Source of the DNA: a virus | Length of the DNA: 64,000 nt | Direction: 5' to 3' (one strand) | IMG/VR virus record: IMGVR_UViG_3300017971_000275 | Coordinates: 9,300-73,299 of that record | In this document: positions 49,784 to 55,818 of the stretch, one piece after another | How the letters are laid out: each line of letters begins with the position of its first letter | Numbering within the stretch: the first letter of the stretch is position 1 | Position numbers and translations under genes: made by a program | Notes under the pieces: generated by a model | What the model saw: the letters and a program-made list of their open reading frames with translations, nothing else | Told to the model about the DNA's origin: nothing | Databases searched by the model: none

Positions 49784-51138
49784 TTGCCGAGCTTCGCAAC
49801 TCGGCTTTCCTGCTTCTTAGGCTCCGCTACCGGAGGTCCTCCACAGGCTGCTTTACCGCATGATCTGCGGCTGTTGAAATTTTTGATGTTCTTCGCAGCG
49901 TTGATGTCAGCGTTTTCTGTGTGGCCGCACTCAACGCACAAGAACACGTCTCTGGTTTTTCGGTTTTCCTTGGAAACATGCCCACACACGGAACACGCCT
50001 GCGACGTGTAGTGCGGTGGAACAAGGATCAGCTTGCCTCCTCGTTCTTTGAGCTTGTACTCCAGCATGGTCTCGAACATGCCCCAGCCTCTTTCCAAAAT
50101 GGAGCGGTTCAGACCGGACTTTTGTTTGACGTTTTTGCCGGGCTCTTCTTTCGTGCCCTTAGCGCTTTTCGTCATGTTTGCTATCTGTAGATCTTCCAGC
50201 ACCACCACACCGTAACGCTCCGCGTAGTAGTTCGATTCTTTGTGGAGGAGATCTCGCAGCATCCGACTTTTACGCTTCCTGAGGCGAGACAAGTTGGCTA
50301 CAGCTTTACGATGGTTAGCCGAGTGTCTTGTCTTCAAACACTTCTTCTTGCGCTTCTTCTTAACCTTTTTTGTGTCGGTATCTATTTGGCGCACTGCCCG
50401 CTTGATGCGCTTTTCAATGGCAAAGTAGGCTTGCGGGAGCTCAACCAAACGACCGTCGCTGTCTGCGATCAAGTATTTGACGCCGCGGTCGATTCCCACG
50501 ATGGGAATATCTTTTTCCGCTGGTGTTGGAATCTCCAGTACGTAAGAGCACGACGCGTACCACTTACCAGCCTCAAGACAGATCGTACATCGACGCAAGG
50601 ATTTAAATTCCGGCATACGATGAGTTTTTGTGCGGATGTACCCTAAGCTTCTCCCGTAAACATAGATCATGCCATCAAGGAGCTTCCACGCAGAAGCTCC
50701 GAAAATGCCGATACCGACCGGTCTATTACGCCCTCGGAATTTTGGCTTACCTCCTCTACCTTCGTACCACGCGGTGAAAGCGCGGTTTACTGCTTCGACG
50801 ATCAAGATCATCGCGGCGCGCGGAACTCCTTTAAAGAAGTCCATTTTGCGGATCTCGGTGAGCTGCGCTGACATGCCCCGGCTAGCGTGCTGGAAGAATT
50901 CCTTCCAGCCCCGCTTCTTGGGATCCATCTCGATGCCCACCTGACGGTAAGCGTTGGTTAGCAGTCCTTCGTCATCGTAGCGCGTAGCCCGACGATGCGC
51001 ATACATAAACCGGTGCTCCAGCACTACGTTGTAAAGTACGCGTAGGCGCCATTCCCAGTCGCGCAGGATTTCTTCCTGTTGGGGTGTTGGATAAATGCGG
51101 TAACGAGTAGCGCGTTCCAGTTTGAGCTTCTCGCTCAT
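49762..51138 (-). CDS. tnpB: TnpB / Cas12f-like RNA-guided nuclease
   Basis: N-terminal YRIYPT..Q; RuvC-I GIDRG, RuvC-II VLEDL, Zn finger CSVC...CVEC, RuvC-III NADINAAKNI; all three catalytic residues intact; no tnpA nearby. Confidence 0.93.
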   Translation of the reverse strand: MSEKLKLERATRYRIYPTPQQEEILRDWEWRLRVLYNVVLEHRFMYAHRRATRYDDEGLLTNAYRQVGIEMDPKKRGWKEFFQHASRGMSAQLTEIRKMDFFKGVPRAAMILIVEAVNRAFTAWYEGRGGKPKFRGRNRPVGIGIFGASAWKLLDGMIYVYGRSLGYIRTKTHRMPEFKSLRRCTICLEAGKWYASCSYVLEIPTPAEKDIPIVGIDRGVKYLIADSDGRLVELPQAYFAIEKRIKRAVRQIDTDTKKVKKKRKKKCLKTRHSANHRKAVANLSRLRKRKSRMLRDLLHKESNYYAERYGVVVLEDLQIANMTKSAKGTKEEPGKNVKQKSGLNRSILERGWGMFETMLEYKLKERGGKLILVPPHYTSQACSVCGHVSKENRKTRDVFLCVECGHTENADINAAKNIKNFNSRRSCGKAACGGPPVAEPKKQESRVAKLGNTHVGGT

Positions 51139-51186
51139 GCGTAATGGTCCCCGGTAATGTGGTCCGCTTTTAGCGGACGGTAATAA

Positions 51187-51267
51187 ATCGAGGAAGTTTG
51201 AAGGTCGCGTGGTGAATGGTTTTCAAATGAGCGAAAAACTTCTGTAGCAACCTAAGCAGTCCTCGAT
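51187..51267 (-). ncRNA. Y-RNA-like unit A (conserved stem, no tRNA module)
   Basis: AUCGAGGA-CUGC-stem-UACAGAA...stem-CAAACU-UCCUCGAU. Confidence 0.6.
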
Positions 51268-51280
51268 ACTCGTAAATAGC

Positions 51281-51400
51281 TGGTGGAAATGTGAACGTCA
51301 AGTTTTGGTGAATTGCAGGACTCGAACCTGCGACCCTCTCGTTGATAGCGAGATGCTCATCCAACTGAGCTAAATTCTGTATTGACGTTGCCGTCCACCA
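51281..51400 (-). ncRNA. Y-RNA-like unit B with linear tRNA mimic (anticodon AUC, 5-bp acceptor + ACCA)
   Basis: UGGUGGA-CGGC-AACGUCAA-UACAGAA[D, anticodon and T arms]UUGACGUU-CACAUU-UCCACCA. Confidence 0.7.
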
Positions 51401-51403
51401 AAA

Positions 51404-51448
51404 TGGAGCGCTTGGGAATCGAACCCTATCGAGCCACCAGGGTGCTCC
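51404..51448 (-). ncRNA. tRNA minihelix-like element (acceptor + T arm only)
   Basis: GGAGCAC...GGG-UUCGAUU-CCC..GCGCUCC-A; no anticodon arm. Confidence 0.45.
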
Positions 51449-51451
51449 AGA

Positions 51452-51588
51452 AGAGGAAATGTGAAAGCAAAGAGAATGAGTTTTGAACTTCTCGGGCATA
51501 GAGAGCCCGAGCCTGGATTCGAACCAGGAACCTTTCGTTTTACGGACGAATGTTCTTCCAATTTTCTGTACTTGCTTTGCAGTCCTCT
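51452..51588 (-). ncRNA. Y-RNA-like unit C with tRNA mimic circularly permuted in the D loop (anticodon-position GUA)
   Basis: Order: GAAC, anticodon arm UUCGU-CCGUAAA-ACGAA, T arm CCUGG-UUCGAAU-CCAGG, closed acceptor CUCGGGC-loop-GCCCGAG, AA, GUUC. Confidence 0.75.
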
Positions 51589-51631
51589 ACATCGAATATC
51601 TGTTCACCGCATGAGCAGTGGTTGTTTTAGA

Positions 51632-51756
51632 TAGAGGAAATGTGACAGCAGCAATTCCCAATGAACTTCTCCCCGTTAAAAGCCGGGGAGCTTGGATTCG
51701 AACCAAGACCTATCACTTTGGAGGTGATTGTTCTGTACTTGCTGTGCAGTCCTCTA
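51632..51756 (-). ncRNA. Y-RNA-like unit D with tRNA-Trp(CCA) mimic circularly permuted in the D loop
   Basis: GAAC, AUCAC-CUCCAAA-GUGAU, CUUGG-UUCGAAU-CCAAG, CUCCCCG-loop-CGGGGAG, AA, GUUC-AUUGG. Confidence 0.78.
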
Positions 51757-51798
51757 CACCGTTTATCTGTTCGCCGCTTGCGCGACGGGTATTTTAAA

Positions 51799-51944
51799 TC
51801 GAGGAAGGGTATCGGTAGAAGATGGATTGTTTATCCACCGCATCAATAAGCGGTTGCCTTTACCAATTTGGCCACATCCCCCTAGTTGGGGATGCCAGGA
51901 CTTGAACCTGGAAAATTTTCCTGTACCTACCGATTAGTCCTCGA
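51799..51944 (-). ncRNA. Y-RNA-like unit E with class II tRNA mimic permuted between the variable arm and T arm
   Basis: T arm CCAGG-UUCAAGU-CCUGG, CAUCCCC-loop-GGGGAUG, D arm GCCAAAUUGGUAAAGGC, ACCGC-8 nt-GCGGU, variable hairpin GGAU/AUCC. Confidence 0.72.
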
Positions 51945-52106
51945 AAAATGATTTCTCCTCACGTTATCGTAGGCTTTAGCAGCCTGCGCTCTTGTTGTCT
52001 TGATGCCCTCTCGGGCTTGCGTCGCGATGATCGTCCGGATCATCAGCTCTCTACGTTGCGCCTCATTACTGAGGATCGAGCGGATGTCAAGGCGTCTTCG
52101 CGGCAT
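51927..52106 (-). CDS. Small 59-aa hypothetical protein (MPRRRLDIRSILSNEAQRRELMIRTIIATQAREGI...)
   Basis: Open frame translated by hand, shorter than any ORF in the track; AGGT RBS; lies between RNA units F and E. Confidence 0.5.
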   Translation of the reverse strand: MPRRRLDIRSILSNEAQRRELMIRTIIATQAREGIKTTRAQAAKAYDNVRRNHFSRTNR

Positions 52107-52121
52107 CTACCTAAAAATTAG

Positions 52122-52253
52122 TCGAGGAAATTCGAGAGTAAGAGGCGAAAGTAACAAGGAGCGGGATTTGAACCCGCGACCTTCGGTTTATAAGACCGAC
52201 GCTCAACCAACTGAGCTATCATTGTTGTTCTGTACTTACTCTGCCGTCCTCGA
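52122..52253 (-). ncRNA. Y-RNA-like unit F with linear tRNA-Ile(UAU)-like module
   Basis: UCGAGGA-CGGC-AGAGUAAG-UACAGAA[cloverleaf, UCGGU-CUUAUAA-ACCGA]CUUACUCU-CGAAUU-UCCUCGA. Confidence 0.72.
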
Positions 52254-52544
52254 AATCGTAAAGCTTGCTCCGTGGAGTTTTCCACCCACCCAGCCTAGCT
52301 CACCTTTTAAAGAGAGGGTGACCTTTGCTGTGTCTTCCTTGAGTGGCGGTAGCTCCTCAAGTGTTTCCATGATTATAGGCAGCAGGATTTCCCTGTCAAG
52401 CTTTTTGTCAACCACGGAGGCAAATTCTTCGAGAAAAATCTGCTCCGCTTGAGCAGCGAGCTTTTGCTGCTTACTTGACATTGTCACACTCATTTCTCCT
52501 ATGCTGCCAGTAGAACACAAATAAGTCCTTGACACCAACAGCAA
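52236..52544 (-). CDS. Hypothetical protein (start probably further downstream, near MSSKQ)
   Basis: Tiles the operon. Confidence 0.5.
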   Translation of the reverse strand: MLLVSRTYLCSTGSIGEMSVTMSSKQQKLAAQAEQIFLEEFASVVDKKLDREILLPIIMETLEELPPLKEDTAKVTLSLKGELGWVGGKLHGASFTISRTAE

Positions 52545-52710
52545 TACCTGCAGCTATGGCCGCCCACAGACCTGTGGAAGTATCCTCTCCCGGCCATAAC
52601 GTTGGGCGGAGCAGCAGGAAAAAGACGAAGCCACTGCAGACCCCGAGGAGCGCGGTGAACACGATCGTCAGTAAGCGCAGCTGCCATTTATACTGAGCTG
52701 TTGTTCCCAT
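52471..52710 (-). CDS. Small 2-TM membrane protein
   Basis: Two hydrophobic helices; paralogue of the next gene (SGF..FLL.RP..WP). Confidence 0.6.
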   Translation of the reverse strand: MGTTAQYKWQLRLLTIVFTALLGVCSGFVFFLLLRPTLWPGEDTSTGLWAAIAAGIAVGVKDLFVFYWQHRRNECDNVK

Positions 52711-52915
52711 TTTTCCGCTGCTCCCAGTAGTCCCACCAAGTCGTCACAGAAAAGAAGAGCACTCCAAGACCTACCCAAAGCCAGAAAATCAAGAATGTAG
52801 AACGAGTAGGCCAAACAAAAGGGCGCACCAATAAAAAGATGAGGAAGCCGCTTACGGAGGCGACGGTAGCTCGAATGAGGTTGCAGAACACCGCTTTCCG
52901 GAAGCTATCCGACAT
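52688..52915 (-). CDS. Small 2-TM membrane protein
   Basis: Two hydrophobic helices. Confidence 0.6.
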   Translation of the reverse strand: MSDSFRKAVFCNLIRATVASVSGFLIFLLVRPFVWPTRSTFLIFWLWVGLGVLFFSVTTWWDYWEQRKNGNNSSV

Positions 52916-52921
52916 GGTTGC

Positions 52922-53188
52922 TTACTCCAGTGAAGGAGGAGTAGCGAGCCTCTGCAATCGCTCGTCACCTTCATTACCTTGCAGCCACTCTTGGTAGTAG
53001 ATGTGTTGAGGTATCTCCTCCCAATTGACTGCGCTGTCCTCATCGGTGCCCACTGGCTGGAAGTTGACGTTGCTTGGAGACTCACCCACCAAGCACGGGT
53101 TGAAGAACCCGGTGGTCTCTACCTGCGCCAAGATGTGCATAACCTGCCCACCACTATGGCGATAGAACTTGCCGACCTCGAATTGCAT
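52922..53188 (-). CDS. Hypothetical protein (SH3-like, EVGKFYRH)
   Basis: GGAGG RBS. Confidence 0.6.
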   Translation of the reverse strand: MQFEVGKFYRHSGGQVMHILAQVETTGFFNPCLVGESPSNVNFQPVGTDEDSAVNWEEIPQHIYYQEWLQGNEGDERLQRLATPPSLE

Positions 53189-53241
53189 GGACGCCTCCGT
53201 GTATGCATGGTAGTTATCTTTCCCTAGGAGGATTTCTATCC

Positions 53242-53769
53242 ATGCGAAAAATTATCAAGTTCCGCGGCAAAAAGTACCACGCGGCTACGCTTGCCGATAT
53301 TCAGGATCGCGACGATTTCATCGGTTTACATTGTCAAGCTCGACCACGCGCTAGCATTGACCAAGAGGATACCATCGGTAGCGGGCAAGGCCAAGGAAAA
53401 TACGGCTACGGTAGCTACGTACCTGAAATCCTCGACTCGCTTTCCTTTGATCTCCGCGACATCGCCCTCGAAAAAGGTTGGATGGAAAATCCTCCCGGTG
53501 AGTACGACGACGGCTACGAGGACTGGCTCGACGAAGTCTACGATTTCCTCGATGACCATGGCATCAAGTGGATCTTCGTCAGCGAGAACAAACCTCTCAC
53601 CGATTACGGAGATTACTGCTACGGCATCCTCCTTCCCGATAAAGCGGTGCTCACGGTCATCCCCGACATCGGAGTGGACGACGCAGCCAATGCGTACGTG
53701 TACAACGCCAACGTCGCTATTCCTTCAGTGGTGGAGATTGATGAGGAGGAGCTGGAGCAGTACTACTAG
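53242..53769 (+). CDS. Acidic protein with the shared head motif; possible ADP-ribosyltransferase fold
   Basis: AGGAGG RBS; IKFRGKKYHAA; GLH...IFVS...YG pattern. Confidence 0.5.
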   Translation: MRKIIKFRGKKYHAATLADIQDRDDFIGLHCQARPRASIDQEDTIGSGQGQGKYGYGSYVPEILDSLSFDLRDIALEKGWMENPPGEYDDGYEDWLDEVYDFLDDHGIKWIFVSENKPLTDYGDYCYGILLPDKAVLTVIPDIGVDDAANAYVYNANVAIPSVVEIDEEELEQYY

Positions 53770-54007
53770 CTTCTTCCTCGTCGAGCTCTAGCCTCCAGCC
53801 CCCAAGCGCGATCACCTCTCCGTACTCATTGGTAGCCAGCTTCTGCACCGACCCGCAGTTTAAGCAGACAGCTTCCAATCCGCGCTTGCGGTACCGGAAT
53901 CGTAGATGTTTGCAGTCTGCAGCTCTAGCACGCTTCTCCAATGAAGTAAGGCGACGCCCTTTCATCGAGCGCGTCTTTCTCCGCGTACCACGAAACGACT
54001 GCCCCAT
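53717..54007 (-). CDS. Small basic Zn-binding protein
   Basis: CKH...CLNC...GGWRL; similar to 10207..10485. Confidence 0.5.
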   Translation of the reverse strand: MGQSFRGTRRKTRSMKGRRLTSLEKRARAADCKHLRFRYRKRGLEAVCLNCGSVQKLATNEYGEVIALGGWRLELDEEEASSTAPAPPHQSPPLKE

Positions 54008-54345
54008 TACTCTACCATCCGATCGTACGCCAGCATAGCTCCGCTACGCTCCGTATCGAACACTACGAAGTCTAGCCCCTCGCAGTTGGCAGCGGCGCTC
54101 TTATGGTGATCCAATACCACAAGCTTGTTGGCGAGTTCGTTGATCTTCAACAGCTCTTCACGCGGATAGCTAAAATCCACGATCCACACATCACGGTCTT
54201 TTACGAGCTCAGGAGCTGGCGGATCATCGCCATACTGAGCATCTAGGAGCTCTCCACCACTCAACCCGGTGTGTAGAATAAGAGCTCCGCAAATCCCGTC
54301 GCTACAGCCTTGATGATGAATGATTAATGGCTCTCTTGTATCCAT
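54007..54345 (-). CDS. DHH-family phosphoesterase, N-terminal domain only (truncated)
   Basis: HH.GC.DG, VDFSY, LDHHK, FD..RSGA motifs; stops before a DHHA1 domain. Confidence 0.75.
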   Translation of the reverse strand: MDTREPLIIHHQGCSDGICGALILHTGLSGGELLDAQYGDDPPAPELVKDRDVWIVDFSYPREELLKINELANKLVVLDHHKSAAANCEGLDFVVFDTERSGAMLAYDRMVE

Positions 54346-54387
54346 AAGTGTACACCTCCATCTGTACACCTATTTTACAAGATGGTT

Positions 54388-54460
54388 TGGGCACGCCGGG
54401 ATTCGAACCCGGAAATCTGCGGACTGAGCGCAGCGCCTTTGCCTGTTAGGCCACGTGCCC
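54388..54460 (-). tRNA. tRNA-Leu(CAG), short variable loop, atypical U37
   Basis: GGGCACG/CGTGCCC; CTGCG-CTCAGTC-CGCAG; CCGGG-TTCGAAT-CCCGG. Confidence 0.78.
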
Positions 54461-55183
54461 GTCTCCTCCTACATAAGAACGGTCAACAAAACTTGAGGAC
54501 TTCCCTAGCTTCTCCACAAGCACCTCATACATAGCCCGGTAGGGCATCGACCGCAATACACTTATCCTTATTATCCCGTATACGAGTATATTCCTTCTAT
54601 TAGAGGTTTTCTTCGGCGCGGCAATGGTGGGTTTCGTGAATTGTGTCCTTGGAATACCAGTCACTTCGGACCAGTAGTACTCTACCTCCGAGTAGCTTTT
54701 TCCATTGTTGAGATGCACTTTACTCACACAGCAAGATAAGTCTTCCTCAACCACCCCAAGAATATCCCGCACCCAAATTAAGAATAATCGAATCATGTCT
54801 GAATCCGAATTGGTAAAGCGTAATTCAGTGCCTCTTTTGCACCCCTCGGCCCAGTACAAAGCGGCCCCCACTAAAGCCAGGGATCTCTTATTTAAAGACA
54901 AACCCCTAAACTTGCGCTGAGCAGCCTCGAACCTACGTTGCCGTCGTTTCCTATAAAAGTTGGAATTTCCTATTGCCGCTGGTTTGTTCTCTGCAATCCC
55001 CCCTTCATTGGACATCTGATGCTTTAACCTCAACCGTTTCTGCTGTGATTTAGTCAAGGGAACATCCCTGAGCCACAAGGACAACGTGGATTTAGCTACA
55101 GGCACTTTTTCCAGTATTTCATTGTAGCTCAAGCCCGAACGCCGCAGCCTCACCGCTTCTGCCTTTGTCTCTTTTGTATGCAT
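54446..55183 (-). CDS. HTH + LAGLIDADG-like putative endonuclease
   Basis: LR..G.SY.EI...V.KSTLS.WL HTH; LYWAEG, FTNSD..MI..F..W, YWS...GIP motifs. Confidence 0.7.
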   Translation of the reverse strand: MHTKETKAEAVRLRRSGLSYNEILEKVPVAKSTLSLWLRDVPLTKSQQKRLRLKHQMSNEGGIAENKPAAIGNSNFYRKRRQRRFEAAQRKFRGLSLNKRSLALVGAALYWAEGCKRGTELRFTNSDSDMIRLFLIWVRDILGVVEEDLSCCVSKVHLNNGKSYSEVEYYWSEVTGIPRTQFTKPTIAAPKKTSNRRNILVYGIIRISVLRSMPYRAMYEVLVEKLGKSSSFVDRSYVGGDGHVA

Positions 55184-55233
55184 TTTATACCTCCAAGTAT
55201 ATCAGTAAGATAACTATACTTGAAGGTTCGATA

Positions 55234-55306
55234 TGCCCTCGCTCGGATTTGAACCGAGAAACCCGGATTCTTAGTCCGGTACCTTTGCCAGTTAGGTCAC
55301 GAGGAC
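55234..55306 (-). tRNA. tRNA-Leu(AAG), short variable loop
   Basis: GTCCTCG/CGAGGGC; CCGGA-CTAAGAA-TCCGG; CTCGG-TTCAAAT-CCGAG. Confidence 0.8.
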
Positions 55307-55411
55307 TCCTCTAGCCTAGTTGGGACACGTGGGCAGCCTACTTTCCCTAATTCAATTGTGTGGATGCGTGAAGGTATGTGACAGAAAAGGAGGGACTGTC
55401 AAGAACAAAAG

Positions 55412-55813
55412 CTACCGGAAATAAGGCGAGTCGAGCAACTCATCTTTCCCTTCCTGGCTGAGCTCGTTGTAGCGCTTTTGCGCGGCAAGAGAAACGAGCT
55501 CATTGACCAACGCTTCCCTATCGACCACCCGTTGGATCTGAAGGAAATCACTGAGAACTGCTCGCATCTCATCGTCGGAAGCTTGGTTCACTAGATGCGT
55601 AGCTGCAACCTCCAGATTCTGAAGCCAGCCTTTTACATCCAGCCTCTCATCGTTGAAGTTGTCCCTGCGGATCATCTCGTCTAGCCAGCTTTCCATAGAT
55701 GCCACCCGCAGGTAGGTGGCCCCACGAAACTTCACTGCAGGTGGAGGTGGATCTGGGGGTGGCCCTAAAGGGGGTTTGATAGGCCCACTCCACCATTTCT
55801 TTTTGTCGCCCAT
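55412..55813 (-). CDS. Probable head protein
   Basis: Motif PAVKFRGATYLRVA. Confidence 0.6.
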   Translation of the reverse strand: MGDKKKWWSGPIKPPLGPPPDPPPPAVKFRGATYLRVASMESWLDEMIRRDNFNDERLDVKGWLQNLEVAATHLVNQASDDEMRAVLSDFLQIQRVVDREALVNELVSLAAQKRYNELSQEGKDELLDSPYFR

Positions 55814-55818
55814 GCTAT

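Noticed and set aside
49284-49799. Several short ORFs over the repeat region
   Set aside because: They are translations of CRISPR repeats and spacers (recurring PTYVW/VGGT); no RBS or coding signal
49762-51180. Complete IS605/IS607 element
   Set aside because: No tnpA and no recognisable right end; only a small hairpin (GTCCGC/GCGGAC, ~51163-51179) upstream
51170-51937. ORFs 51170..51499, 51370..51561, 51661..51849 and 51728..51937
   Set aside because: They overlap covarying RNA structures and read like translated tRNA sequence
51309-52228. Calling the modules in units B and F ordinary tRNA-Asp(ATC) and tRNA-Ile(TAT) genes
   Set aside because: Their acceptor stems are short or mismatched, and both sit inside the same conserved outer scaffold as the permuted units; treated as mimics, though processing into tRNAs is not excluded
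55370-55403. TTGACA upstream of tRNA-Leu(AAG) as a sigma70 promoter
   Set aside because: No good -10 hexamer at 16-18 nt spacing
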